Shown here: piece by piece, positions 1-13,225 of the stretch
How the letters are laid out: every line of letters begins with the position of its first letter
How positions within the stretch are numbered: the stretch's first letter is position 1
Source: Eledone cirrhosa
Lineage: Eukaryota
Direction: 5' to 3'
Assembly (NCBI GenBank): GCA_964016885.1
Contig: OZ024760.1
Coordinates: forward strand, 16,120,001 to 16,184,000
DNA length: 64,000 nucleotides
Program-made: the position numbers and the translations under genes
Notes under the pieces: generated by a model
Seen by the model: only the letters and a program-made list of their open reading frames with translations
What the model was told of the DNA's origin: nothing
Database searches by the model: none

Positions 1-177
1 GTCAACTATTATTATATTTGTAGCGTAGAGTTACGCCCCTTTATGTTCTGAGTTCAAATCCCGCTGAGGTTAACTTTGCCTTTCATCCTAACGGGGTCGA
101 TAAAATAAAGTACCAGTAATGTACTGGTAATTGCTGGCCTTGTGCCAAAAGTAGAAACAATTATATTCATTATATAT

Positions 178-520
178 GGAGGCATATGGCTTAGTGGTTA
201 GAGCATTGGCCTTGCAATCGAAAGGTTGGGAGTTCAATTCTCAGACCGGGTGATGTGTTGTTTCCTTGAGCAAGACACTTTATTTCACATTGCTCCAGTT
301 TACTCAGCTGTAAAAATGAGATGATAGGGACTGGGGTCCCTATCATTCCACTGCAAAGTGGTCGTGGAGGTGCCACCGCAAAAAAGCACCCAGCACTCAC
401 TGTAAATGAGGTTGGTGTTAGGAAGGGCATCCAGCTGTAGAAATCAAGCCAGAATCAGTTCCCGTCCCACCCTTGCAAGCAGGGAAACAGCGGACGTAAA
501 ATGAAATGATGATGATGATA
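178..520 (+). mobile_element. tRNA-derived CORE-type SINE with an RTE-like tail (5'-truncated copy at 26220-26465)
   Basis: A box tggcttagtgg, B-box-like gagttcaattc, CORE-like ccttgagcaagacacttt...cagtttactcagctgtaaaaatg, tail ending in (tga)n. Confidence 0.75.
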
Positions 521-1694
521 TGTGAAGTGTTTCCGTAGGAAAGGTAAAGGAAAAGAGAGTGCTCTATGTAGGCTACAGAGCTTTTTAGTTATATAATAAA
601 CAACATAAGATGATTGCAGTCCCTATCATCTCATTTCTGCAAGCAGGGAAAAAGTGGACGTAAAATGAAATGATGATGAAATGATGATATATATCGTTTC
701 GGTATAAATAAATATTACTACGAAATATTAGCGGCACGTGGCACATTGAAAGAAAAAAAATGCCGGTCCGCCAAATCAGATAGTTTGAGAAGCACTGCTT
801 TATGGTATTCGTTCCTGCTCTCTGAGTTCAAATCCTGCCGAGGTCAACTTTGCCATTCATCCTTTCGAGGTCGATAAAAAAAGTACCAGTCTAGTACTGG
901 GTCGATTCTTCTTCTATATCTCTTTCTTACTTCCTTTCTCTCTCACTTTCTCTCTTTCTCTGGAAGGAATCTGCTGTACTGAGGACTCAGGCCTAGAGAG
1001 AGGATGGGCCCTGCCAGGCTTAAGATGCCCCCAAAATGCTGTATGTCAAACACGATGCCCCTACAACTCTATCATGAGTTACGGGATGATACATACATAT
1101 ATAATAGGAAAAGGGTCTTAACGTTTCGGATATTAATCCTTCATCGAGAGAAATAAAAAAAAGGAAAGAGAAAGATAGAGATAAAGAAGAGGAAAAAGCA
1201 AAAAAAAAGATTTTGGGGAGAAAGTCTCTATATACATCCTTATTGTGTGTGTATGTGTGTGTGTGAGTGTATGTGTGTGTGAGAGTGTATGTGTGTATGT
1301 GTGTGTATGTGTGTGTGTGTGTGTGTGTAGAAAGATGGGCAAGATGAGATTGCTCCAACCAGTCTGTTCTTAAACAGGGACAACCAGTCCAACCCATGCC
1401 ATGTGGAAAGTGGACGTAGATTGAAGTATCTGTGTGTTTGTATGTATGTATGTGTATATTTATATACACATACACATACATATATATATATATATACATA
1501 TATATACATATATATATGTATACGCACATATATATATACACACATATATATATACACACATATATATACACATGTATACATATATATACACATATATATA
1601 TACATATATATATGCACATATATACACATATATATACACATATATATTCACATATATATACATACATATATATTCATACATATATATATACATA

Positions 1695-2300
1695 TGGTGG
1701 CTGCCAACTCGTTTTCGAGTACGGCCACTACTTTATATCCATGTAGGAGAACCCCTACCGATGCGCTGAACGAATGTGACTTTTTATTCCAGCCAGCGAC
1801 TTGAAAACTCTGGTACAAACACTACACTTGTGACAATTATTGACACATAGTGCTGGGCCCATGGTACCCTGTGACGACAAGTGCAGAGATCTCCAGATAT
1901 AAAGCAATGCCTGTGCCGTGAAGCTTTTATAGTGAGCAAAGGCACTGCACAAAGCCAGTCCCACTCTCTTAACCAAGATGATATTTACCAAAAAGAAGAA
2001 CAAGTCAACATCATTGGATACCATCAGGGTTGCAGGTGTTATATCAGAGTTTTCCTTCTCCTAGAATTCTGCCTTGACAAAGGCTAAGGGGTCATCTCTC
2101 CCGGTGATTTTGGATGGCCATTGACTCTTAAGAGCTCCTTTGCCCTTTGACAGGTTTTGTTTTTAGTCCTGCAGGATGTCCAAAGTCACCCTCCTCACCA
2201 AGAAACCTTGGTGGGGTTGCCAGTTTAGTCGCCAACGACCCGACCATGAGACAGGTTGTACTGGGATACATGTTACCAGTAGCACCAACTGGTGACCTGA
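1695..2300 (-). mobile_element. Internally deleted RTE-like LINE derivative
   Basis: Terminal C2H2 finger [24 protein letters not shown] just before the (TA)n end, and a degraded APE-like ESGTGF segment. The 5' end is shared with 37918-37975. Confidence 0.5.
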
Positions 2301-3035
2301 CATATATATACATATACATACATATATATATACATACATATATATATACATATACATACATATATATATACATACATATACATACATATATATATACATA
2401 TACATACATATATATATACATACATATACATACATATATATATATATATACATATATACATACATATACACATACATATACATATATATATACATACATA
2501 TATACATACATATATACATATATATATATACATACATATACATATATATATACATACATATACATATATATATACATACATATACACATACATATACATA
2601 TATATATATATATACATACATATATATATATATACATACATATACATATATATATATACATACATACATATATATATATATATACATACATATACATATA
2701 TATATATACATACATACATATATATATATATACATACATATACATATATATATATACATACATATACATATATATATATACATACATATACATATATATA
2801 TACATACATATATATATACACATACATATATATATACACATACATATATATATATATACATATATACACACATTTACATATATATATATACACACACATG
2901 TATATATACACATATATACACACACACATATATATATACACACATATATATACACACACATATATATATACACACATATATATACACACACATATATATA
3001 TACACACATATATATATACACACACATATATATAT

Positions 3036-3099
<64 letters not shown>

Positions 3100-3599
3100 G
3101 TCTATGTTGTGATAATCCTTCTCATTGTGTAAAACAATGAGAAGGAAACGAAAAGGAAAAATGAAAAAAAAAAAATAAGGAAACAACTAAAAAGGAAAGA
3201 ATGGCAGAATGAACGAATAACGGAATGATAAAAAGAAAGAATAGGAGAATGTCTTCAATAATAAATACACAGATCTGTGGAACAGTAAACTGTGAACCAA
3301 TTTTACTGTTATAGAATAACGGAATTTTAGCAGCGACCGTAATTTAACACCCATGTAACACACACATGTATGTATATATATATATATATATATACGTACA
3401 CACACACATGTATATATATATGTACACACACGCACACACATATATACGTACACACATACACACATATATATATACGTACACACATAAATATAAATATAGG
3501 TATACACACAAACACACATATATATATATATATATATACGTATGCACACCCACATATATATACATACATAGGTGTACGTTATGCATGCATATTTACATC

Positions 3600-3643
<44 letters not shown>

Positions 3644-3895
3644 ATACACACACGTAAGCACGCACGCACAAACCGCTGTAGAAGTATTGTGTAGCCTCAG
3701 TTTTTAAACTCTGCAGAATCAAGTGCGCCTTATATTTTGCGCAGATATTTCATACGGAGTAGCTAAGTGCGGGTAGCATCTCTCTCTCTTTCTCTCTCTC
3801 TCTCTCACACATACACACACACACACATTTTATAGTCATGTGTGTTGTGTAATAACAAGGACGTATAAAGCTAGGTTACTTTAACATATGTGTGC

Positions 3896-3944
<49 letters not shown>

Positions 3945-4011
3945 TTTACTGCGCAAGCAGATTCATATATTTACGTTTTCTTATGCGCAACTGACTCTTT
4001 ACAATTCACAC

Positions 4012-4057
<46 letters not shown>

Positions 4058-4062
<5 letters not shown>

Positions 4063-4304
4063 GGAGGTGAGTTTTATTGTAGCACAATAAAGCAATGCAA
4101 ATATCGGATAAGTAGCACTCAACAGTTTATAGGACTGGAGTATAAATATTTAGATTTAACACTTCACTGCTCGCAAGTGTTTTTAAAGCTTCATATCATG
4201 TCTCCCTATTTTATCTGATGAGAACGCAAATATCATCCCATGATATTTGTTTTTGAAATGCGCATAATAAAATACATGGAACTCTTTTAACCATCTTTTG
4301 ATCT

Positions 4305-4311
<7 letters not shown>
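4058..4311 (+). mobile_element. (TA)n-flanked Penelope-like or retrozyme-like non-autonomous element, family A (copies 21917-22180, 45624-46000)
   Basis: Three dispersed copies share the ends atgtaggag... and ...gatcttatatta. They contain a hammerhead, have a partly inverted terminal segment and sit in (TA)n. Confidence 0.65.
4207..4274 (+). ncRNA. Type I hammerhead ribozyme, family A
   Basis: Stem I TATTTTAT/ATAAAATA, core CTGATGA, stem II GCAAATATCAT-ccc-ATGATATTTGT, GAAA, palindromic stem III ATGCGCAT, cleavage triplet AUA. Confidence 0.8.
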
Positions 4312-4345
<34 letters not shown>

Positions 4346-4552
4346 CATGTATGTATATAGGGGTAGGTTGGTAAGCATCTATTTTAGCTATTGATCAAGT
4401 ATTAATGTATACACGTTCCTGATCAGTTGTAGCACGCGTGCGTGCGTGCGAGCGTGTGTATGTATATAATATAATCATACTTTACTACCCTAAGTATGGA
4501 GTACTCTGGTGAGTAATGGTCAAACCAGTTTCAAACCTAATCTATCCTGATT

Positions 4553-4593
<41 letters not shown>

Positions 4594-4728
4594 CCGTATG
4601 TGATTGACGGCTGAGAGAAAAGAGTACTCAATATCGAAGTAGAGTTTTAATATTCATTTTATTAAGGCTAAATAGTGAGTCTTGTTACTCAGGAGTTTCG
4701 CCTGTTTATCACAGTCATCTGATAGGAG

Positions 4729-4760
<32 letters not shown>

Positions 4761-5134
4761 CAAATATATATATTGATTTTTTATATGGTTAATTATGGTA
4801 ATTGGGAGAGGAAATGGTATATATTTTATCTAATAATTCTAAGGACATGATTTATGATATATATATATATATATATACACACACACGCGCGCACATAAAA
4901 CATACCAACGAAAACTCGATAAGTGACATGACATATTTTCAGTAACAAAATATTTAATCTGTCAGCCAGTTTCACCACACCGCCACCTACCGGCCATTCA
5001 CTACCTTTAATGTAGTCCACTGTGTTGAAAGCAATAGGTCCTATAAAGGGTCTATTCTGTCGCAAGTATTAAAGCCCTGAAACAGAATTAGGGCTCAGGA
5101 AGGATCCACTATTGCAAACATTAGGGCTCAGAAA

Positions 5135-5520
5135 CAGAAGACTTTGTTGCAAGAATTAGGGTCCAGTAAGAGAGTGGTCTCCCCTAACCTCCCGTGTGTG
5201 TGTGTCCCCTCTGTTGCAAGAATTAGGGTCCTGTAAGAGAGTGGAATCCTACAACCTCCCGTGTGTGACCTCTCTGTTGCAAGAATTAGGGTCCTATAAG
5301 AGAATGGTCTCCCCTAACCTCCCAAGTGTGTGACCCCTCTGTTGCAAGAATTAGGGTCCTGTAAGAGAGTGGTCTCCCCTAACCTCCCGAGTGTCTCCCT
5401 CCTCTGTTGCAAGAATTAGGGTCCTGTAAGAGAGTGGTCTCCCCTAACCTCCCGAGTGTCTCCCTCCTCTGTTGCAAAATTTAGGGTCCCGGAAGAGAGT
5501 GGTCTCCCCTAACCTCCCGT
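5135..5520. repeat. About 62-bp minisatellite (6 units)
   Basis: ctctgttgcaagaattagggtcctgtaagagagtggtctcccctaacctcccg units. Confidence 0.9.
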
Positions 5521-6019
5521 ATGTGAGAGGGTGTTCTCTGTAATTGTGAGAGGTCATTCACTTAACTAACAATACCAAGACATTTCAAAATCGATATGGT
5601 CCCCCTTCCCCCACCATTACATAAATTGGTCTTCTGCCATAATGTTCTATACATACATACACAACACATATATACCACACACACATACACACCACTGTGC
5701 ACACTATTATATATATACACAACAGACAGATTCATCATAGATCTTGTGTTCTGTATAAATAAATATATATACATACACACAGCAGGCAGATGAAATGACA
5801 CACAAAAACTTCAATGTCACAGCCACTACAAGTATTGAGTGCTTATGGAATTAATGTTTGAATCTTTTTTCTAGCATAGTTACGTCCCTTTACGGCCGGG
5901 GTTCAAATCCCGCCGAGTTTGACTTTGCCTTTCATCCTTACGGGGTCGATAAAATAAGTACCAGTAATACACTGTGATAATTGCTGGCCTTGTGCCAAAA
6001 GTAGAAACAATTATTATCA

Positions 6020-6385
6020 TCGTCATCACTGTTTAATGTCCATTTTCCAAGGTAGCAGAGGTTAGATGAGCTGTCGCATTGTGAGACAAGCCAGGTCGGG
6101 TGACCGTGCCTTGCTCACACAGAACTGATTTGGGCTTAGTTTCTACGGCTGAATGTCCTTATTAATGCCAACCACATTTACAGTGTGTGCTTGGTGCTTT
6201 TTGTCGTGACACATACACGACCACTTTACTCTGCGGACTGGGTGCTTTTTGTTGTGTCACAAACAAAACCACTTTACAGTGTGGACTGAGTGCTTTTTGC
6301 TGTGTCACCTACATGACCACTTTACAGTGTGGACTAGGAGTTTTTTTTGCTGTGGCACCAAAGCAACCACTTTACAGTGTAGACA
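6020..6385 (-). mobile_element. Same SINE tail on the minus strand, with about 4 diverged 48-bp units
   Basis: accactttacagtgtggact..gtgctttttg repeats. Confidence 0.7.
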
Positions 6386-6386
6386 G

Positions 6387-7880
6387 GTAATGTGGTGCAG
6401 GATATCTGTATGTGTAACAACAACACTGTCCCTGGTGTGGGAGCAGTACTGTAATGTAGTCTAGGATGTCTGTATGTAACAACAACAGTCCCAGATGTGG
6501 TAGCAGTACTGTAATGTAGTCTAAGATGTCTGTATGTAACAACAACAGTCCCAGATGTGGTAGCAGTACTGTAATGTAGTCTAAGATGTCTGTATGTAAC
6601 AACAACAGTCCCAGATGTAGCAGTACTGTAATGTGGTCTAAGATGTCTGTATGTAACAACACTGTCCCAGATGTGGGAGCAGTACTGTAATGTGGTCTAA
6701 GATGTCTGTATGTAACAACAACAGTCCCAGATGTGGTAGCAGTACTGTAATGTGGTCTAAGATGTCTGTATGTAATAACACCACTGTCCCAGATGAAGCA
6801 GTACTGTAATGTAGTCTAAGATGTCTGTATGTAACAACAACAGTTCCAGATGTCTTAGCAGTACTGTAATGTAGTCTAGGATGTCTGTATGTAACAACAA
6901 CAGTTCCAGATGTGGAAGCAGTACTGTAATGTGGTCTAGGATGTCTGTATGTAACAACACTGTTCCAGATGTGGAAGCAGTACTGTAATGTAGTCTAAGA
7001 TGTCTGTATGTAACAACAACAGTTCCAGATGTGTTAGCAGTACTGTAATGTAGTCTAGGATGTCTGTATGTAACAACACTGTTCCAGATGTGGTAGCAGT
7101 ACTGTAATGTAGTCTAAGATGTCTGTATGTAACAACAACAGTCCCAGATGTGGTAGCAGTACTGTAATGTAGTCTAGGATGTCTGTATGTAACAACACTG
7201 TTCCAGATGTGGTAGCAGTACTGTAATGTGGTCTAGGATGTCTGTATGTAACAACAACAGTCCCAGATGTGGAAGCAGTACTGTAATGTAGTCTAAGATG
7301 TCTGTATGTAACAACAACAGTTCCAGATGTGTTAGCAGTACTGTAATGTAGTCTAGGATGTCTGTATGTAACAACACTGTTCCAGATGTGGTAGCAGTAC
7401 TGTAATGTAGTCTAAGATGTCTGTATGTAACAACAACAGTTCCAGATGTGGTAGCAGTACTGTAATGTAGTCTAGGATGTCTGTATGTAACAACACTGTT
7501 CCAGATGTGGTAGCAGTACTGTAATGTGGTCTAAGATGTCTGTATGTAACAACAACAGTCCCAGATGTGGAAGCAGTACTGTAATGTAGTCTAGGATGTC
7601 TGTATGTAACAACACTGTTCCAGATGTGGTAGCAGTACTGTAATGTAGTCTAAGATGTCTGTATGTAACAACAACAGTCCCAGATGTGGTAGCAGTACTG
7701 TAATGTAGTCTAGGATGTCTGTATGTAACAACACTGTTCCAGATGTGGTAGCAGTACTGTAATGTAGTCTAAGATGTCTGTATGTAACAACAACAGTCCC
7801 AGATGTGGAAGCAGTACTGTAATGTGGTCTAGGATGTCTGAATGTAACAACACTGTTCCAGATGTGGGTGCAATACTGTA
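6387..7880. repeat. 57/60-bp minisatellite (about 25 units)
   Basis: ccagatgtggtagcagtactgtaatgtagtctaRgatgtctgtatgtaacaac(aac)aStgt units. Confidence 0.95.
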
Positions 7881-8001
7881 TTATCGGTTTCAATATAAAA
7901 CTAAGTTAAGTGGTAGAGCACCATTGTTTCATCATGTCCACTTTGGATGGTCACCTCTGGTTTAACACACTCACTTGGTCAGTGGGAATCTTTAGTTGAG
8001 T

Positions 8002-8262
8002 TCACTTCTTTTTCTCCTTCTTCTTTGCCCACTTATTCCTGAATGATCGTGGGGGCAGAGTCCTCAAACACTCCTTCCAGCGGGTCCTGTCAGAAGCAAC
8101 CACCTCCAACTGATCTGGCTGGATCCCCCAAATGAGACCAGCCAAGCTCATGGATGTTATCCAACGATCTTGCTCGGGGGTTCTACTCCTGAGTCTCCTG
8201 CCAGTTTGTTTTTCCCGTAAAATCTGTCCAGCGATTCTTTCCTGAGACATTTTAACCACATG
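8002..8262 (-). mobile_element. RTE-clade LINE 3' end (frameshifted RT C-terminus)
   Basis: HVVKMSQERIAGQIL...GRRLRS...VASDRTRWKECL followed by a (gaa)-rich tail. Confidence 0.7.
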
Positions 8263-8767
8263 GAATGAGTTTATTTTGTTGCAAATATTCAGGCCAGGCC
8301 TCTAGTATGGATATAACCCTTTTCTGTTATCCCACCAGTTTTGGAGGCACTGAAAAGAGCCACGGGCACACCCCACCCTTTCCCCACCTGCCGAAACAGT
8401 AAATAAATACATAAAGAATAAAAGTGTGTCCATTACTGACTGATGTGTACATGGAGATAAAAGGGATTAGAGAGGGTGTCAGCCATAGTATCTAGCAAGG
8501 TCATATTACTACTTAAAACACAAAACAAATACCAAATTATATAGAGAAAACCCAATTTTATATTGTAAGTAGTAGATACAGCTGTGTATGTGGTATGTAG
8601 AAAACTGAATTATCTTAATATAAATATTAATGAAAACAGCCTTCCACATCCAGTGAGTTTTGTTATAGTTAATGAAGTTGTAATATTTTGACATCTGTTT
8701 CCAGGGGACCTGGCTTGGCTGTCTGTGCCAAGTACATTGAGATATTTTGAGTTGTGTCTTCAATGTA

Positions 8768-8807
<40 letters not shown>

Positions 8808-8808
<1 letters not shown>

Positions 8809-8988
8809 TGATGTCTTCCAAAAGTAATGGTTGCATTTTGAAAGGGTATGTCAATGTTTATTTATAAAACTGGTATATATTGTATTTTGTCTGATGAAGG
8901 CATACCATAATTTAACATGGTATCCTTGAAATATGTATAATAAAATAAATATGGTTTTATAAATATAGTTTCCATTTGTTAATATCGT
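8808..8988 (+). mobile_element. (TA)n-flanked hammerhead element, family B (copies 20213-20460, 22265-22437, 23775-23955)
   Basis: Dispersed shared sequence ending ...atagtttccatttgttaatat followed by (TA)n. Confidence 0.6.
8883..8947 (+). ncRNA. Hammerhead ribozyme, family B
   Basis: TATTTTGT CTGATGA AGGCATACCAT...ATGGTATCCTT GAAA TATGTA TA ATAAAATA. Confidence 0.7.
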
Positions 8989-9006
8989 ATATATATATAT
9001 ATATAT

Positions 9007-9196
9007 ATAGGAACAAGTAGGACCCCGACGGCAGAGCTGAAGCCGTTTTGACAGCTAATTCAGTCCAGAATTAGCCGTCGAAACGGCTTGAGCTCTGCCG
9101 TCGGGGTCATACTTGTTCCTATTACCCACTCTACTACCCTAAGTATTGAGTACTTTGGTGCGTTATGGTCCATCTGGTTCCTTACCACACCTCCTA
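9007..9196. mobile_element. (TA)n-flanked fold-back element (copies or fragments at 19172, 23525, 24790, 25655, 26826, 31239, 31480)
   Basis: Shared core gccgtcgaaacggcttgagctcagccgtcggggtcct...cctattacccactctactaccctaagtattgagtac; about 55-bp inverted arms at 9007-9122 and 31239-31357. Confidence 0.65.
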
Positions 9197-9243
9197 TATG
9201 GAAGGAATATATTAGGTTAACGCTTGAAATAGCAGGAAGAGGG

Positions 9244-9279
9244 TCTTAACGTTTCGGACACTAGTCCTTCATCAGAAGA
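9244..9279 (-). ncRNA. Minimal hammerhead ribozyme, family C
   Basis: Reverse strand TCTT CTGATGA A GGAC-TAGT-GTCC GAAACGTT AAGA; stem III reduced to the palindrome ACGT. Confidence 0.7.
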
Positions 9280-9411
9280 AAGAATGAGAAATAAGATAGA
9301 TTGATGGGACGGGCGGGATGGGATTGGAAAAAATCTCTTTAGATAAAAATAACAGGTCCATTCATGTTGACATCTCTTGGAAATATATATATATACAGAC
9401 ATAATACACAA

Positions 9412-9447
<36 letters not shown>

Positions 9448-10185
9448 GGTGACACGGTAAAAAGCACCCAGTACAAAATGCCCAGCACACACTGTAAAGT
9501 GGTTGTGGAGGTATCACGATAAAAAGCACCCAGTGCACACTGTAAAGTGGTCGTGGGGGTATCACGACAAAAGCACCCAGTGCACACTGTAAAGTGGTCG
9601 TGGGGGTATCACGACAAAAAGCACCCAGTGCACACTGTAAAGTGGTCGTGGAGGTATCACGACAAAAAGCACCCAGTGCACACTGTAAAGTGGTCGTGGA
9701 GGTATCACGACAAAAAGCACCCAGTGCACACTGTAAAGTGGTCGTGGGGGTATCACGACAAAAAGCACCCAGTGCACATTGTAAAGTGGTTGTGGAGGTA
9801 TCACGACAAAAAGCACCCAGTGCACACTGTAAAGTGGTCATGGAGGTATCACGACAAAAAGCACCCAGTGCACACTGTAAAGTGGTCGTGGGGGTATCAC
9901 GACAAAAAGCACCCAGTGCACACTGTAAAGTGGTCGTGGAGGTATCACGACAAAAAGCACCCAGTGCACACTGTAAAGTGGTCGTGGGGGTATCACGACA
10001 AAAAGCACTCAGTCCACACTGTAAATGAGGTTGGCGTTAGGAAAGGCCTCCAGCTGTAGAAACCAAGCCCAAATCAGTTCTGTATGTGCAAGACATGGTC
10101 ACCTGACCTAACATCACCCACAACAGAACCAAACATCTAACTCATGCCAACGTGGAAGAATGAACGTATGATATTGATGATGATA
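9448..10185 (+). mobile_element. SINE tail with an internal 48-bp tandem array (about 11 units, 9480-10020)
   Basis: Unit gcacccagtgcacactgtaaagtggtcgtggRggtatcacgacaaaaa, followed by the gttggcgttaggaa..gc.tccagctgtagaaa tail shared with the 178-520 SINE. Confidence 0.8.
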
Positions 10186-10594
10186 GTGTAGTAATAGGAA
10201 GGTAAAAAAATTCAAGGTGTAGAGCAACTCAAGTCTGTGGGGCAATTTGAATATAATTATTAAGGCCAGTTACTACCTGGTATGGGGCCGTTGTAGTAAC
10301 TGACCTGCTAGCATGGGTTAGACAAGTTGTCCTGTCAAGACACAAGTGAGGTCAGATGACCATGTCTTGCTCATACAGAACTGATATATATATGTGTATA
10401 TATATATATATATGTGTATATATATATATATGTGTATATATATATATATATATGCCAAGTGTATCCTCGTGTTTTTGATTTTTTTAATAGGTACACCGTA
10501 TTAATGTGCGTTGTAAGAGGTGACTAAAAGTGGTGGCTTCCAGGAAGAGCATCTAGCTGTAAAACATTGTCTCAATCCCCATATATATATATGT

Positions 10595-11085
10595 AGGTGT
10601 CACGGCAAAAAGCACCCAGTCCATACTGTAAAGTGGTCGTGTAGGAGTTACGACAAAAAGCACCCAGCCCACACTGTAAAGTGGTCGTGTAGGAGTTATG
10701 ACAAAAAACACCCAGCCCACACTGTAAAGTGGTCGTGTAGGAGTTATGTCAAAAAGCACCCAGCTCACACTGTAAAGTGGTCGTGTCGGAGTTATGACAA
10801 AAAGCACCCAGCCCACACTGTAAAGTGGTCGTGTAGGAGTTATGTCAAAAAGCACCCAGCCCACACTGTAAAGTGGTCGTGTAGGAGTTATGACAAAAAG
10901 CACCTAGCTCACACTGTAAATGTGGTTGGCATTAGGAAGGGCATCCAGCTATAGGAATGTAGCTAAAATCAGTTCTGTATGAGCAAGACATGGTCACCTG
11001 ACCTGCATTGCCCACAACAGGACAACTCGTCTAATCCATGCTAGTGTGGAAAAAATGGACGTAAAACGGCGATGATGATGATGAT
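10595..11085 (+). mobile_element. SINE tail with an internal 48-bp array (about 6.5 units)
   Basis: Unit gcacccagcccacactgtaaagtggtcgtgtaggagttatgacaaaaa plus the same tail. Confidence 0.8.
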
Positions 11086-11160
11086 ATATACATATGTATA
11101 TATATATATATATATATGTGTGGTTTTTAGAATCCATATTCAATAAACAAACCAGGATTT

Positions 11161-11219
11161 TTCATTCTGAGGATTGAAAGCAAAACCTTTTGCTTTTAAG
11201 AAACCACTGGTAAATGGAA
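11161..11219 (+). ncRNA. Hammerhead ribozyme, family D
   Basis: TTCATT CTGAGGA TTGAAAGCAAAA-cc-TTTTGCTTTTAA GAAA CCACTGG TA AATGGA. Confidence 0.7.
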
Positions 11220-11800
11220 TAATTGCCTTATGTTGTTTATTACATAATAATAATATATATATATATATATATGCTTTAGTGTCGACTAAACTGTCTAAGT
11301 GAGTGACTAACCAGTGTACTAGCTGTACCTAGAACACACCATAGCAATCAGAGTCAATATAATTGAAGTTGGTAAAGAAACAAGTGCGCAACTATATTGG
11401 CCAAGTCGGTGGTGGGGGGTGGGGTGATTTGAGGCGGAAGGTGCACTTGCTAACTGTTGGAACCTTATTATTATTATTATTATTATTGATGTTATTATTG
11501 TTAAATATGTTAACACTTTTAATATCATCGATATAACCACCATGGAAGCCAGCAAGACAATAATTATGTAAGGTCTACTACCGACTAACGAAGGAGAAAG
11601 TTTCTTTGATAATTATTTTTCCTTCTTATCGTTTTCTCATCCTTTCGTTAAGGGGGGAAAATATCAGCGATTGTAATATATATTAAACCCTCAGTTTAAC
11701 GGACCTAATAGCAATAATAATATAATATAATATAATATACTACTACTACAATGGGTAAAATATTCTTCAACTAAAAAATGCAGTAAAAATCGCATATTTA

Positions 11801-11841
<41 letters not shown>

Positions 11842-12058
11842 GGAATGATTTTGTATTCAACAATCATGTATATTGAATTGAATTTTTTTTTTTTTTAATT
11901 CATAAACTATAATAATGACCCAAACCCACACACCTACCGGTGGTATTCGATTTAACGAACTTTCGGCATTAACGGACGCACTTTCCTTCGCTATTAGTCC
12001 GTTAAATCGAGGTTTTATAATGAATGAATATATAATATACCATCAACATGACGTGCAC

Positions 12059-12098
<40 letters not shown>

Positions 12099-12831
12099 AG
12101 TGTACCCCCCGGTATTTCGGGGGATTTTTTCTTAGAGCCGAACTAATAATTGTTTGCGGAAACCACCGCCGCATATTTGCAGAATCGTAAATATCTTCCG
12201 CGATTTTTTATGGCTTTTTTCATGGCAATATATATTTTTTCACGCTAAATTATTAATAACAATATACCGTATTTGCCAGCCTACATCTTACGTTCTGTTT
12301 TGACAGTATATAGACATTTTTATGGACCACGTCCAATATTCGCGGTTTTTCACACTTAACGGATGCCTTGCGAATACCGGGGCATAACTGTATTATTTTA
12401 GCCCGATAATGGGGTTTAGAACCCTCTATGAAATGGAAAAAGATGATTATTGACACATATATATGTATATATATACATACATATATATATAGAGAGAGGG
12501 GGGGATGTAAACTGTCACGATGTATGTATATATGTATGTATGTCAATGTGTTTACATTACATAACAAGAATATTAAAAAAAAACGGATGCATGAGTTTAC
12601 ATATACCCCCCCCCCCCTCTCTCTCAAGATGAGAAGCAAAGTTGACCTCGGCGGGATTTGAACTGGGTCCACAGACAACCGGAAGGAATGTCGCAATTTC
12701 GACGCTTTAACGGATCCGCCAGTTAACCCGACCCCTATCTTAGCCTCCTATCCTTTCTCAGGGTGGGGGTTCGAGCACTGTGATGGTGGTGGTAGTGTAT
12801 GAGGGTGTTGATTCTTCTCCATGATTTTTAC

Positions 12832-12861
12832 CTGTAATTCAAAAGGTCCTGTCTTCTCGCG
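12832..12861 (-). CDS. Candidate 30-nt phase-0 micro-exon (REKTGPFELQ) of the SAMD1-like gene
   Basis: Minus strand reads tttcag|CGCGAGAAGACAGGACCTTTTGAATTACAG|gtaaaa. In frame after KRGRPVSKRK. Supported by splice signals only. Confidence 0.25.
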
Positions 12862-12938
12862 CTGAAATTTATTATAATGGTACACGTGCCTGTGGATAAT
12901 CAGACATTTACACAATAATTCAATGTGTAGATGGTTCA

Positions 12939-12974
<36 letters not shown>

Positions 12975-13184
12975 CACACGCGCACACATATATACATATA
13001 TACGTGCGTGTGTACTTTACATATATCGATTAAAAATATATCGCAAATATTAGAAAATGAAAGTAGTTTGTGTGTGAGTATGTAAGTATTTGTGTATGTG
13101 TGAGGGTATGTGTATGTTAGTCGATGTGGATATTAAAGGCTGTGTGTGTGCATGCATGTGTGTGTGTGTGTGTGTGTGTGCATG

Positions 13185-13225
<41 letters not shown>

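Noticed and set aside
178-250. tRNA gene
   Set aside because: tRNA-like SINE head that runs into a CORE-like body; no complete cloverleaf
5085-5490. Interstitial telomere (TTAGGG)
   Set aside because: Only one hexamer per minisatellite unit, not tandem
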